Shown: positions 1 through 9,667 of the stretch, piece by piece
Numbering within the stretch: the first letter of the stretch is position 1
Layout of the letters: the number at the start of each line of letters is the position of its first letter
NCBI GenBank assembly: GCA_045046875.1
Contig: JASFYY010000011.1
Location: forward strand, 1 to 62,757
Source: Verrucomicrobiota bacterium
GTDB taxonomy: Bacteria > Verrucomicrobiota > Verrucomicrobiia > Verrucomicrobiales > DEV007
Direction of reading: 5' to 3'
Length of the DNA stretch: 62,757 nucleotides
The notes under the pieces: model-generated
What the model saw: only the letters and a program-made list of their open reading frames with translations
Database searches by the model: none
What the model was told of the DNA's origin: nothing
Made by a program: the position numbers and the translations under genes

Positions 1-45
1 TGATCTGGAAATTGTGAACCGCTTTGCGGTCAAATGCGCTCGAAC

Positions 46-72
46 CAAGGTTCGAACCCTCGCGATCTACCA
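46..72 (+). repeat. Inverted degenerate copy of the tRNA-Gln 3' end
   Basis: CAAGGTTCGAACCCTCGCGATCTACCA versus the tRNA 3' end CAAGGTTCGAATCCTTGCGAGGCTACCA; opposite orientation, 8 nt from the CCA. Confidence 0.75.
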
Positions 73-80
73 TTTATTGA

Positions 81-155
81 TGGTAGCCTCGCAAGGATTC
101 GAACCTTGACAAACAGAATCAGAATCTGTTGTGCTACCATTACACTACGAGGCTA
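81..155 (-). tRNA. tRNA-Gln (anticodon CTG)
   Basis: Reverse complement is TAGCCTCGTAGTGTAATGGTAGCACAACAGATTCTGATTCTGTTTGTCAAGGTTCGAATCCTTGCGAGGCTACCA: cloverleaf, anticodon stem ACAGA/TCTGT around CTG, GGTTCGAATCC T-arm, encoded CCA. Confidence 0.96.
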
Positions 156-322
156 AATGGGATGGGGTGAGTGCATAGGAGGGCATAAATGGGGGGGAAT
201 CAACTAAAATTCCGTGTCAGCGGTGATATTATGAGGGGAGGCCTCGGGTAGTTTTCTGGGAATACGGGTATCTGGTGAAAAAGTCGTTGCGTGGGGGGGC
301 GGGTTGCGTGGAAGGTGGGTGG

Positions 323-1366
323 ATGAAATTTAAAACTCCTCTGTTGTCGTTTACTTCGCTTGCCTTGGGTCTGGCTCTTGTTACTTCTCAAGCTTCTGCG
401 CATGAAGTGGCGGATGCGATGGCGGATGCGGCAAACAACTTTCTTGATTCTCTGGAGGGGGATCAAAAAGCCAAGGCGGCGATTGATATGAAGAGTGATG
501 AGCGTGGTAACTGGCACTACATCCCGAAACCTTTCGAGGGAGAGAAGATGCGTAAAGGTCTGCCGATGATGGAGATGCGTGATGATCAGAAAGCGTTGAC
601 TTTTGCTCTGCTCAGCACCGCTATGAGTCACCGTGGATTTGCCCAGGCGGCGACGATCATGAGTTTGGAGCGGGTGGTGTGGGAAATGGAGAATCACGCG
701 GCCAAGCGTCGAGCGGATGCTTATTATGTATCCATCTTTGGCAAACCTGCGCCGGGCAAAACCTGGGGCTGGCGGGTAGAGGGACATCATGTGTCGGTGA
801 ATTTCACGATCGTTGAGGGCAAGGTGGTATCGGTAACGCCCAACTTTTTCGGAGCCAATCCGGCTGAGGCGAAAGACGGCACGAGGAAGGGCTTGCGGGT
901 ATTGGCAGCCGAGGAGGATTTGGCCCGGGCGTTGTTGAAGTCATTGGATGACGGACAGCGCAAGGTGGCGCTGATTGCGGCTAAAGCCCCACGCGATGTG
1001 GTTGCTCCGATTGTGGCGAAGATCAGTCCTTTGGAAGGCAAAGGACTGCTTGCGGAAAAAATGAATGTGGATCAGCAGAAAATGTTGCGCGGTTTGATCG
1101 AAGAATACGTCCGGCGCTTGCGTCCGGTGCTGGCCGATGTCGATTTGAAAAAAATCGATGAAGCTGGTTTTGGGAAAATTCTATTTGTCTGGGCGGGCGG
1201 CACGGAGAGAGGTGAGGGTAATTATTACCGGGTGCAGGGACCGACTTTTTTGCTGGAATATTCAAATACTCAGAATAATGCGAATCATGCGCATGCGGTG
1301 TGGCGCGACTTTGATGGGGATTTTGGAGTGGATGTGTTGAAGGAACACTATTCGAAGAACCATTGA
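323..1366 (+). CDS. DUF3500 family secreted protein
   Basis: Signal peptide from ATG 323; motifs WGWRVEGHHVS, YYRVQGPTFLLEY and NHAHAVWRD are typical of DUF3500. Confidence 0.85.
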   Translation: MKFKTPLLSFTSLALGLALVTSQASAHEVADAMADAANNFLDSLEGDQKAKAAIDMKSDERGNWHYIPKPFEGEKMRKGLPMMEMRDDQKALTFALLSTAMSHRGFAQAATIMSLERVVWEMENHAAKRRADAYYVSIFGKPAPGKTWGWRVEGHHVSVNFTIVEGKVVSVTPNFFGANPAEAKDGTRKGLRVLAAEEDLARALLKSLDDGQRKVALIAAKAPRDVVAPIVAKISPLEGKGLLAEKMNVDQQKMLRGLIEEYVRRLRPVLADVDLKKIDEAGFGKILFVWAGGTERGEGNYYRVQGPTFLLEYSNTQNNANHAHAVWRDFDGDFGVDVLKEHYSKNH

Positions 1367-1367
1367 A

Positions 1368-1402
1368 TTTAGCATTTAAGATTTAGCATTTAGCATTTAG
1401 AA
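1368..1402. repeat. Heptamer tandem repeat (TTTAGCA-like x5)
   Basis: tttagca tttaaga tttagca tttagca tttagaa in the intergenic region. Confidence 0.8.
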
Positions 1403-1455
1403 CGCGGGATTTAAGTTGGCGGGTTTTTTGGCTCGTTAGGTTATTGGGGATTCGC

Positions 1456-1477
1456 CGGACAGGAATGTCCGCCCTCC
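1456..1477 (-). repeat. REP-like palindrome (GGAG type)
   Basis: Minus strand reads GGAG-GGCGGACA-TTCC-TGTCCG, between convergent genes. Confidence 0.55.
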
Positions 1478-1545
1478 TGTGTTCCCCTCAGTAGTTACGA
1501 AAGAATAAATCTTGAGGGGCAGTAGGCAGAATTCTGAATCCTTCT

Positions 1546-2736
1546 TCAAAAGAATCGTCTTGCGGGCACGATGGGGCGGGGTTGGCAGATACGGTTGACG
1601 CATTCGGCGAAACTTTCCTCGCCACTGAGGATGCCGATCTCCACCCGGAGGAAATAAATTTCTGTGTCCATGCGCTGCAGGCGAGGGAAACGTACGCTGT
1701 CTTTTTCGGTGGTGATGATCATGTCCACGCCGGCTTCGACGGACTCGTTGATGAAGCTGAGGATTTCCTGCTCGTTGTAACGATGGTGATCGGTGAAACG
1801 TTTGCGGTGGATGATCTCTGCACCAAACTTCTCGACTCCGTATTCGAAGCTTTCGGGTACGGCGATGCCGCTGATGGCGGCGATTTTTTTCCCTTTCAGG
1901 TGGGAGAGTGGTAGCGTCTCACGGGTTTCGATGTGTTGCAGGTATTGTGGCCGATGTTCACACTCGATGATCTCCGCCGTTAGGTTGTATTGGCGGATGC
2001 GGGTGATCAGTTTGGTATTGGGATCGCCGTTGCATTTGGTGATGAAAATGTAGCTGGCGCGTTTGAGGTTCTTGGGTGGTTCGCGCAGGGTGCCACGGGG
2101 CAGCAGTTTTTCGGTGCCGAAGGGGTGGTAGCGGTCGATGAGCACGATGTCGAGCCGGTGGCGCAGTTTCAGGTATTGCAGGCCGTCATCGAGCAGCAGG
2201 GTGTCGGCGTCGTATTTTTCGATGGCGTGGCGTCCGCCTTTGACCCGGTCTTTGTCGACCACCACTACAACATCCTTGAGGTTGGCAGCGAGCATGTAGG
2301 GTTCGTCACCAGCGGTTTTGGAGTCGAGCAGCAGCGATTTGCCATCGGAGACCACCCGCGGCGGATTGATTTCGTTTTTGCCTCGTAGTTTGCCGATCAG
2401 GCGTTTCCACAGGGGGATTTTGACACTTTTATAACCGCGGCTGAGGATGGCTACTTTGCGGCCGCCGTCCTGTAGGGCGCGGGCGAATTTCTCCACCACC
2501 GGGGTTTTGCCAGTGCCGCCGACGGTGAGATTGCCGATGCTGACGACGAGGCAACCGAGGTTGCGCTCACGAAAGATGCGGTTGCGGTAGAGGGAGAGCC
2601 GGGCGGCAACGACCACCGCGTAGAGTCTGGAAAAGGCGCTGAGCACCCAGCGCAGGACGGTGGCGCGTTTGCCTTTGCGACGGTCCATGATGACGTCGAT
2701 GGCAAATTGTTCCAGCGGTTCCAGATGTTCTTTCAT
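1546..2736 (-). CDS. lpxK: Tetraacyldisaccharide 4'-kinase
   Basis: Motifs [41 protein letters not shown] and TTEKD. Confidence 0.96.
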   Translation of the reverse strand: MKEHLEPLEQFAIDVIMDRRKGKRATVLRWVLSAFSRLYAVVVAARLSLYRNRIFRERNLGCLVVSIGNLTVGGTGKTPVVEKFARALQDGGRKVAILSRGYKSVKIPLWKRLIGKLRGKNEINPPRVVSDGKSLLLDSKTAGDEPYMLAANLKDVVVVVDKDRVKGGRHAIEKYDADTLLLDDGLQYLKLRHRLDIVLIDRYHPFGTEKLLPRGTLREPPKNLKRASYIFITKCNGDPNTKLITRIRQYNLTAEIIECEHRPQYLQHIETRETLPLSHLKGKKIAAISGIAVPESFEYGVEKFGAEIIHRKRFTDHHRYNEQEILSFINESVEAGVDMIITTEKDSVRFPRLQRMDTEIYFLRVEIGILSGEESFAECVNRICQPRPIVPARRFF

Positions 2737-2887
2737 AGTTTGGCTCGATCAGCCTGCTTGAGTGCGAGCCGCAGTCTGTTTCACGGGTCAGCAGACTGTA
2801 GGGAAAGTCGGGCGCGCGTCGCGCTTTTTTTCGTCAAAGTAATGGTAAAAACCTTGCAATCAATCCTATATCGCAGAGTTTCGCCCC

Positions 2888-3682
2888 ATGACTGAAAGAA
2901 TAGATCAACGGGCGGTGGATGAATTGAGGCCAATTACTTTTCAAGCGGACATCGCAGCGAATGCGCACGGTTCGGTATTGGTATCATTTGGGGATACGCG
3001 GGTGATTTGCGGAGCGACGATCCAAGAGGGCGTTCCGCGTTGGATGATGAACCAGGGGGTGAAGGGTGGTTGGTTGACGGCGGAATACAGCATGCTGCCG
3101 TATTCGACACTGGACCGCAAGTCGCGGGATTCGTCGCGCGGCAAGGTGGATGGTCGCAGCACGGAAATTCAGCGATTGATCGGCCGCTCGCTACGGGCGG
3201 TGGTGGATCTGAAACGTCTGGGACAGCGAACTTTATGGATCGATTGTGACGTGTTGCAAGCGGACGGCGGTACCCGCACGGCATCGATCACCGGGGCCTG
3301 TGTGGCGGTGCAGATGGCTTTTTTGCGCATGATCGAGGCAGGATTGATGGAGAGTTCGCCGATGCAGAAAATGGCGGTAGCAGTGAGTGCGGGGGTTTGG
3401 GAGGACGAATGTGTGTTGGATTTGAATTATCACGAGGACAAGGACGCGTCGGTCGATTTTAATTTTGTGATCACCGAGCAGCTCGATATGATCGAGATGC
3501 AGGGCAGCGGTGAGGAGGCGACTTTCACCGAGCAGCAGATGCTGCGGATGTTGGAATTGAGCAAAAAAGGGGTATTGGAGATCGCAAAATTGCAACATGC
3601 GGCGATTGCGGGCTTTGATCCCAGAGCCAATCAGGCTGTGATTGAGCGCTTGCGCGAGGCGGCTAAGAAGCGTAGAAGATGA
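2888..3682 (+). CDS. rph: Ribonuclease PH
   Basis: Motifs GWLTAEYSMLP, EIQRLIGRSLR and DCDVLQADGGTRTASITG. Confidence 0.97.
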   Translation: MTERIDQRAVDELRPITFQADIAANAHGSVLVSFGDTRVICGATIQEGVPRWMMNQGVKGGWLTAEYSMLPYSTLDRKSRDSSRGKVDGRSTEIQRLIGRSLRAVVDLKRLGQRTLWIDCDVLQADGGTRTASITGACVAVQMAFLRMIEAGLMESSPMQKMAVAVSAGVWEDECVLDLNYHEDKDASVDFNFVITEQLDMIEMQGSGEEATFTEQQMLRMLELSKKGVLEIAKLQHAAIAGFDPRANQAVIERLREAAKKRRR

Positions 3683-3816
3683 AAATGGGCAGGGACTTTG
3701 TGGATAAGGCACAAAATTGCTTGACCAGAGGGCGTTTTCCGTCGAAAGCAGAGGGATAGCCCCGAAAGCATTCCGGTGCTTTTATCAGAGGATAATTTAT
3801 TTAAGAAAACAGGATC

Positions 3817-4083
3817 ATGTCCAGAGTTTGCAGTATTACAGGTGCCCGTGTTACTAAAGGTAGAAAAATCCACCGCAGTGGTCTCGCCAAGAAAAAGGGT
3901 GGTGTGGGTCGCCACGTGACTAAAACCGTTAAACGGACTTTTTCTCCGAACCTCCGTGTGAAGCGGATCTGGGTGCCGGAGCTGAACCGTTTTATCCGTG
4001 TCAAAGTAACCGCACGGGCTTTGAAGACGATTGATAAAAACGGCGCTTACGTCACCTTGAAGAAGGCTGGCTTGATCAAATAA
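3817..4083 (+). CDS. rpmB: 50S ribosomal protein L28
   Basis: MSRVCSITG...KRTFSPNL; long form with the GLAKKKGGVG insert. Confidence 0.95.
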   Translation: MSRVCSITGARVTKGRKIHRSGLAKKKGGVGRHVTKTVKRTFSPNLRVKRIWVPELNRFIRVKVTARALKTIDKNGAYVTLKKAGLIK

Positions 4084-4240
4084 GCTGCTTGTTTTGAATC
4101 CAACGCCGTGATCCATTGTGGATGGGGCGAGGCTTTCAGCGTCGGAATTTTATCCGCGATCAAATAGAGGGCAGTCGAAGGGCTGGCTGAAATGATCGGC
4201 GGGATTAGATGAACTGACAATATGAAAGGCTCCCTGAATC

Positions 4241-4447
4241 ATGGCTTACAGCGTTCCCAGCAAAAAGTCTGGCAAAACTTATTATCTGCATTTGCGTGAA
4301 CAGCCCCGGAAAAACGGGGGAATCACCAAACTCTATTATTTCGCTGGCGATGTGCGCCCTGGCGAAGCTCTCGATGACTTGCCGGAAGGTTATCTGATCA
4401 TCGAAAACGAGCGAACCGGTTTGCCTTTTTTAAAGAAGAAGGAATAG
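4241..4447 (+). CDS. Small conserved hypothetical protein
   Basis: 68 aa with GKTYYLH...LYYFA...LPEGY..ENERTGLPFLKK, a pattern I recall from a widespread uncharacterised family. Confidence 0.75.
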   Translation: MAYSVPSKKSGKTYYLHLREQPRKNGGITKLYYFAGDVRPGEALDDLPEGYLIIENERTGLPFLKKKE

Positions 4448-4455
4448 GGTAAGGG

Positions 4456-4965
4456 CTAGCTCAGGTCAAAATCGCTGTCGAAGTCGCTGTCGCCGCCGCC
4501 TTCAAAATCGACTTCGCGCACCCGTTTCTGGTCACGTAGGAGTTCGACGTGTTTGCGCACGTGTTCACGAACCTTGGCGACATCGCTGATGGCTTCGAGG
4601 GCGACTTTGGGATGACTGCGGTCTGATGTTTCGAGGTTGAGGATGCCAAGGCCAAACATCCGGAGAAAAAAGGGTTGCTCGATGTTGGTGTCTTTGACAC
4701 GGTAGAGCTCGATTTCATCGATCTTGCGGTTGAGCACGCCATCGTAAAGGCGCAATCGCTGGCTGGTGAGTTCATAAACCCGGCATTTGACGACCAGCCA
4801 TTTCCATCCGGCCCACAGCAGGGGGATGATCATGGCGGCATAAGCCGGCGGGAAGAAGGTGCCGCCGACGCCGATGCCGATCAAGAGCAGCAGGCACATG
4901 GTGAAGGTGCCTAGATTCAATAATTGTGAGGGGGAGCTTTTCCAGATAATGGATTCATCATTCAT
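4456..4965 (-). CDS. Membrane protein with bacterial PH domain (bPH_2)
   Basis: Two TM helices followed by YELTSQRL..G...EIELYRVKD...RMFGLG. Confidence 0.85.
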   Translation of the reverse strand: MNDESIIWKSSPSQLLNLGTFTMCLLLLIGIGVGGTFFPPAYAAMIIPLLWAGWKWLVVKCRVYELTSQRLRLYDGVLNRKIDEIELYRVKDTNIEQPFFLRMFGLGILNLETSDRSHPKVALEAISDVAKVREHVRKHVELLRDQKRVREVDFEGGGDSDFDSDFDLS

Positions 4966-5053
4966 GATGGGGAAGTATAGGCAGGGTTGTGGCTATACGC
5001 CATTGTAAGAATGAGGAAATTTTGTAATGGCGAGGGGGTGGAGCAGATGTTCG

Positions 5054-5076
5054 ACCAACCGAAGCGGTTGCCCTAC
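5054..5076 (-). repeat. REP-like palindrome (GTAG type)
   Basis: Minus strand reads GTAG-GGCAACCG-CTT-CGGTTG. Confidence 0.5.
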
Positions 5077-5098
5077 AATTGATGGGGGGATGTGGCGA

Positions 5099-6643
5099 TC
5101 AGCGTTGTTTAGCCAGCCACCAGTTGAAGATTTTTTTGACCCGTTCCGTGAGGCGGGTTTTGTTGTATTGGTCGCCGACTTTGCGGATGGCTTCGGCTTG
5201 GGTGGGGTAGGGGTGGATGACGCTGGCGAGACTGCCGAGCCCCATTTTGGAGTTCATGGCGGTGGTGATTTCGCTGATCAGGTCACCTGCATTTTCTGCA
5301 ACGATGGTGGCTCCGAGAATTTGGTCACTGCCTTTTTTGACCATGATTTTGACAAAACCTTCCGTTTTGCCTTCGAGGATGGCGCGATCCACGCCGTCCA
5401 TGGACTGGGTGTAGGTGGTGGTTTCGATGCCTTGTTCCTGGGCTTCTTTTTCGTAGAGGCCGACGTGGGCGATTTCGGGTTCGGTGTAGGTGCACCAGGG
5501 CATGGTCAGCGAGCTGAGCTTTTTCTTACCTAGCCCGGCGATGGAAAAGAGGGTGTTTTGGATGACGATGCGGGCGGCGAAGTCAGCGGCGTGAGTGAAT
5601 TTCCACTGCATGCAGATGTCGCCGCCGGCGTAGATTTTGGCATTGGTGGTCTGCAAGTGGTCGTTGACTTTGACTCCCCATTTTTCGTATTCAACACCGA
5701 CTTTTTCGAGTTCCAGTCCTTCGATATTGGGGGTGCGGCCTACCGAAACGAGTAAGTGATCCACTTGTTCGTCGTAGGATTTTCCGTGGGATTCGACGGT
5801 CAGGCGGGCGCCTTTGCCGCTGTCGGTTTTGGCAAGTTTGAGTTCTTTGCCACAGCAGAGCAGTTGCACCCCATCGGCGGCGAGGGATTCACGCACGATC
5901 TTGGAGGCGTCGGGATCTTCGCGTGGCAGGATGCCGTGGGTGGCTTCGACGAGCAGTACTTCCGAGCCGAGGCGGGCAAAAGCCTGAGCCATTTCGCAGC
6001 CGATGGGGCCGGCGCCGATGATGCCGATGCGTTTGGGCAGTTCGGTGAGATTGAAGAGATTTTCGTTGGTCAGGTAGTCAACCTGGTCGAGTCCGGGAAT
6101 CGGGGGAGCGTCGGCGCGGGCGCCGGAGCAGATGACGGCATTTTTGAAAGTCAGGCGTTGATCTCCGACGGCAACGGTTTGTGAATCGACAAAGCTGGCC
6201 TGACCGAGAAATACGTCGATGCCGAGATCGGCGAAACGTTTGACCGAGTCGTGTTTGCTGATTCCGGCGCGCAGCTTGCGCATGCGTTCCATGGCGGCGG
6301 CGAAGTCAATTTTCACGGCATCCGGATCGACGTGGATACCAAATTCCGCGCCACCGTTTTTGGCTGCATGGGCGGCCTTGGCAGCAGCGATGATGCCTTT
6401 GGATGGCACGCAACCCACGTTGAGGCAATCACCGCCCATCAGGTGACGTTCGATCAGGGCGACTTTGGCGCCGAGCCCGGCGGCTCCGGCAGCGGTCACC
6501 AGGCCTGCGGTGCCGGCTCCGATGACCACCAGATTGTAACGACCTTCGGGAGTGGGGTTGACCCAGTCGGGTGGGTGGACGTTGGAGATGAGCTGACTGT
6601 TGTGCTCGTCCATGGGGGGGATTTCGATGGGATCGGTATTCAT
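5099..6643 (-). CDS. Pyridine nucleotide-disulfide oxidoreductase (mercuric reductase-like/LPD-like)
   Basis: GAGTAG, GGDCLNVGCVPSK redox disulfide, GAGPIG, C-terminal HPYPT; no MerA C-terminal Cys-Cys. Start placed at ATG 6643. Confidence 0.88.
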   Translation of the reverse strand: MNTDPIEIPPMDEHNSQLISNVHPPDWVNPTPEGRYNLVVIGAGTAGLVTAAGAAGLGAKVALIERHLMGGDCLNVGCVPSKGIIAAAKAAHAAKNGGAEFGIHVDPDAVKIDFAAAMERMRKLRAGISKHDSVKRFADLGIDVFLGQASFVDSQTVAVGDQRLTFKNAVICSGARADAPPIPGLDQVDYLTNENLFNLTELPKRIGIIGAGPIGCEMAQAFARLGSEVLLVEATHGILPREDPDASKIVRESLAADGVQLLCCGKELKLAKTDSGKGARLTVESHGKSYDEQVDHLLVSVGRTPNIEGLELEKVGVEYEKWGVKVNDHLQTTNAKIYAGGDICMQWKFTHAADFAARIVIQNTLFSIAGLGKKKLSSLTMPWCTYTEPEIAHVGLYEKEAQEQGIETTTYTQSMDGVDRAILEGKTEGFVKIMVKKGSDQILGATIVAENAGDLISEITTAMNSKMGLGSLASVIHPYPTQAEAIRKVGDQYNKTRLTERVKKIFNWWLAKQR

Positions 6644-6719
6644 GGGTTGAATGGGTTTGTATGGAATACTGTGCAAGAGGGTTTTGGGCGATTTTCTTTA
6701 TGGGGAGAAGATCGCAATG

Positions 6720-6755
6720 TGCACTTCATTTGTCCGGCCGGACAAATGAAGTGCA
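6720..6755. repeat. Perfect 36-bp palindrome
   Basis: TGCACTTCATTTGTCCGG|CCGGACAAATGAAGTGCA with no spacer. Confidence 0.95.
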
Positions 6756-6775
6756 TGTTTGTTGGGTGGGAAAAT

Positions 6776-7486
6776 TCAGGATTTGAATTTGCTGATGATT
6801 TTTTTCAGGGTGATGGGCAAGAGGCCGAGGATGATAAAAGCGATGATCAGTTGCGGGCTGATGATGCCGGAGAGACCTTTTTCGTCGAGGGTTTTCAGAT
6901 CGGGTACACTGGCGCCTGCATAGACGAAAGCCATGGTGCCAGGTAACATGCCGAGTTGGCTAACCCACCAGTAGGTGCGGGTGGAGATGGGGGTGAGTCC
7001 CATCACGAGATTGATCACAAAAAAGGGAACGACAGGGATGAGACGAAGGGAGAATAGATAAAACGCGCCTTCTTTTTCTAGTGCGGCATTAAATTTGCTC
7101 AAGCGGTCACCGAAGCGGCTTTGGATGGAGTCGCGTAGCAGAAAGCGACTGATGATGAAAGCGAGGGTAGCTCCCATGGTGGAGGCGAAGCTGACGAGGA
7201 TGAGCCCCCGTGCAAAACCAAAATACCAGCCGAAGAGTAAGGTTAATACGGTGGCTCCGGGAATAGAGAACCCGGTGGCGGTGACGTAGATGAGAAAAGC
7301 CGCGCCGAAGACGATCCAAGGGGCTTGTTGTTGCCAGTCTCTGAGTTGGACTTCCTTTTTTGCGAGTTCACTTAGGTTGAGGGCGTCTCCGAAGTTCAGA
7401 TAGAGAAAAACCGTGGCGGCTATGAAGGCCGCGAGAACGGTTAATTTGGTCCAGGGGAAGGACTTGGGTTTGGATGGGGTGGACAT
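6776..7486 (-). CDS. TVP38/TMEM64 (VTT/DedA-like) membrane protein
   Basis: Motifs SIPGATVLTL, LRLIPVVPFFVINL and SQLGMLPGT. Confidence 0.92.
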   Translation of the reverse strand: MSTPSKPKSFPWTKLTVLAAFIAATVFLYLNFGDALNLSELAKKEVQLRDWQQQAPWIVFGAAFLIYVTATGFSIPGATVLTLLFGWYFGFARGLILVSFASTMGATLAFIISRFLLRDSIQSRFGDRLSKFNAALEKEGAFYLFSLRLIPVVPFFVINLVMGLTPISTRTYWWVSQLGMLPGTMAFVYAGASVPDLKTLDEKGLSGIISPQLIIAFIILGLLPITLKKIISKFKS

Positions 7487-7610
7487 GGGAAAGAGGAAGA
7501 GGAACCACTAATGGACACGAATGAGGAGAGGGGAATTAATAGGGCAGGGCTTTTGAAGTTGCTTTTGGGTGGTATACTCCGGCTGCCACGCTACGCTTTG
7601 GCTCAAATTT

Positions 7611-8351
7611 CTACTGTTTGTTGAGGCTCCAGTCGTAGGAGGTGTATTTGACTTTGAGTTTTTTGCCTTTGATGTCGCTGGGGAAAAAGGGGGTGACAAA
7701 ATCCTGGATGCTGCCGTCGGTGGTGAAGTCTTCGGCGAACCAGCTGAAAATGGGGGAGAGGTAGAGGGTATTGCCATCGAGTTTGTTTTTATTTTTTTGC
7801 GCCATGAAGTAGCGTCCTCGATCGTTGAGTTGTTGGTCGAGGGTCTCCGGGAGAAATACTTGATTGAGCAGGGGCGGGCAGCCCATGGCGGCACAGACGA
7901 TGACAAAATGAACCCGGGGTTCTTTGTATTTGGGACGCAGGATGTCATGTTCGATGTGGTTGAGGGTGGTTTTTTTTCCGAACAAGGTGACGGATTTTAC
8001 GTCCCAGGGTTGACCAAAAAAGAGTCCGCCGATTTTTTTGATGCTTTTAACAGGGTAGTTGTCGATGATCAGTTGCAGGGTTTCGGCGTTGTAAACGTTG
8101 ATCAGAAAAGCGAGGCGCTGATCGTGGGTCCATGCTTTGAACTCAGACTCACTGATGGATCCGGTTTCTTTCAGATAGGCGTCCAGTGCGCTGCGGTTCT
8201 TTTTGAGCCCGCTGTAGTTGACCATGCCTTTGTCATCGACGTATTTTTTAAGCACTCCATCGAAGTCCGCGTGACTGTGGTCGAAGGCTAGAACGGACGG
8301 GGCGAAACTGAGGGCACTGAGGGCGCAAAACAAAAATAAGATGGTTTTCAT
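7611..8351 (-). CDS. DUF547 secreted protein
   Basis: Signal peptide from ATG 8351; motifs LAFLINVYNA, LNHIEHDILR, EPRVHFVIVCAAMGCP and YDWSLN. Confidence 0.92.
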   Translation of the reverse strand: MKTILFLFCALSALSFAPSVLAFDHSHADFDGVLKKYVDDKGMVNYSGLKKNRSALDAYLKETGSISESEFKAWTHDQRLAFLINVYNAETLQLIIDNYPVKSIKKIGGLFFGQPWDVKSVTLFGKKTTLNHIEHDILRPKYKEPRVHFVIVCAAMGCPPLLNQVFLPETLDQQLNDRGRYFMAQKNKNKLDGNTLYLSPIFSWFAEDFTTDGSIQDFVTPFFPSDIKGKKLKVKYTSYDWSLNKQ

Positions 8352-8421
8352 AGCTTGTTGTTTAGTTAGTATTATTGTTAGCCTTGCTGGCGGTTTATTC
8401 TTGGGGGTGAAGTGATTTGAA

Positions 8422-9570
8422 TTAGCAGCAATCGGAGCCAGAGCCGCAGCATTCCGAGGCGTCGGTGCTGGCGTCGTAGTTCTCTCCCTTGGTTTCGCGT
8501 GGGTGACGCAGATACATTTCGTTGCAGTCGAAAGCCTCGGCTTGATCGGCGGGGACTTCTTCCCGCGGCTCGATGAACTCAAAAAATTCAGCGTAGGGTG
8601 CTTTGCGGTAGAGTTGAAAGGTTTTGTCGCAGACGGCGTAGCGTTGTCCGCGCTCCATTGGATGATCGTCATCGTCGAGCACCATTTTGAATGGTCCTTT
8701 GTAGATCACCGCTTGTTTGTGATCGAGGCAGGCACCTTGTTTGCCCTTGAAGGCTTCGATGGTCATGCTGCGGAACTCGATGCCTTGCACAGTTTGCCAA
8801 GGTTCTTTATCCAGCTTCAGGATTTGCACTCCATAAAACCCCGCTTCTTCAAAAGCTTGCAGGAATTCGTCTTCGCGGAAAGCGCCGGAGATGCAACCGC
8901 TCCACAGGTCGGGGTCCTTCATCATGTCTTCGTTGACGGTTTCGTCGGAGACGATGTCAGAGATGACGGCACGACCGCCGACTTTGAGCACCCTGAAAAT
9001 TTCTTCGAAGAGCTGCAGGCGGTGGTTCATCGAGACCAGATTGAGAACACAGTTGGAAACCACCACATCGACGCTGTCGTTGGGGATCATGGTTTTTTTG
9101 ACCCGAATCTCTTCAGCCAGTTCTTCGGCTTCGAGGAAGCGGTTGGCGTTGTCGATGGGTTGTGCTTGCAGTTCGCGGTCGAGTTCTTCCAAATCGAGAG
9201 CGAGATCCTGGATGCGGCCTTTGCAAAATTCGACGTTGGCGTAACCGATTTTTTCAGCTACCAGCGGGGCGTTGCGGCGGGCGACGTCGAGCATGTCGTC
9301 GGTCATGTCGACTCCGATGACCTTGCCTTCGGGTCCGACTACTTGAGAAGCGATGAAGCAGATTTTCCCGGTGCCGGATCCCAGATCAAGCACGGTTTCG
9401 CCGGCTTTGAGGTATTGGCTTGGATCACCGCAACCGTAGTCGCGTTCGATCACTTCGGCAGGAATCACCTTGAGGTATTGTGGGTCATATTCCACCGGGC
9501 AACAAAGTGCGGCTTCCTGGGCATTGGCGCCATCGGCGTAACGTTTTTTTACTATGGATTCGGTCTTCAT
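8422..9570 (-). CDS. arsM: Arsenite methyltransferase-like SAM methyltransferase
   Basis: LCCPVEY, DYGCGDP, VLDLGSGTG, SNCVLNL, WSGCISGA, Cys-rich tail; adjacent to arsS. Confidence 0.82.
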   Translation of the reverse strand: MKTESIVKKRYADGANAQEAALCCPVEYDPQYLKVIPAEVIERDYGCGDPSQYLKAGETVLDLGSGTGKICFIASQVVGPEGKVIGVDMTDDMLDVARRNAPLVAEKIGYANVEFCKGRIQDLALDLEELDRELQAQPIDNANRFLEAEELAEEIRVKKTMIPNDSVDVVVSNCVLNLVSMNHRLQLFEEIFRVLKVGGRAVISDIVSDETVNEDMMKDPDLWSGCISGAFREDEFLQAFEEAGFYGVQILKLDKEPWQTVQGIEFRSMTIEAFKGKQGACLDHKQAVIYKGPFKMVLDDDDHPMERGQRYAVCDKTFQLYRKAPYAEFFEFIEPREEVPADQAEAFDCNEMYLRHPRETKGENYDASTDASECCGSGSDCC

Positions 9571-9609
9571 GTTGGGATGTAGAAGGATTAACTGTTGGTT
9601 TTATTGATA

Positions 9610-9635
9610 GACTGGCAGATTGGAATTTCCTTACA
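9610..9635 (-). promoter_or_regulatory. Putative ECF promoter upstream of arsM
   Basis: Minus strand TGTAAG-N16-AGTC, matching the two motifs at 10690-10746. Confidence 0.6.
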
Positions 9636-9667
9636 AAAAAATATCCAAATACTACGTCATATCAAGG

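Noticed and set aside
1..72. A second complete tRNA on the plus strand
   Set aside because: A T-arm and CCA-like end are present, but I see no proper anticodon or D arm.
5099..6643. True MerA mercury resistance
   Set aside because: No C-terminal Cys-Cys, no NmerA domain and no mer operon genes.
8503..9582. Long antisense ORFs (e.g. 8503-9582, 28708-29643, 50952-51908)
   Set aside because: They are shadow frames of well-supported genes and carry no recognisable motifs.
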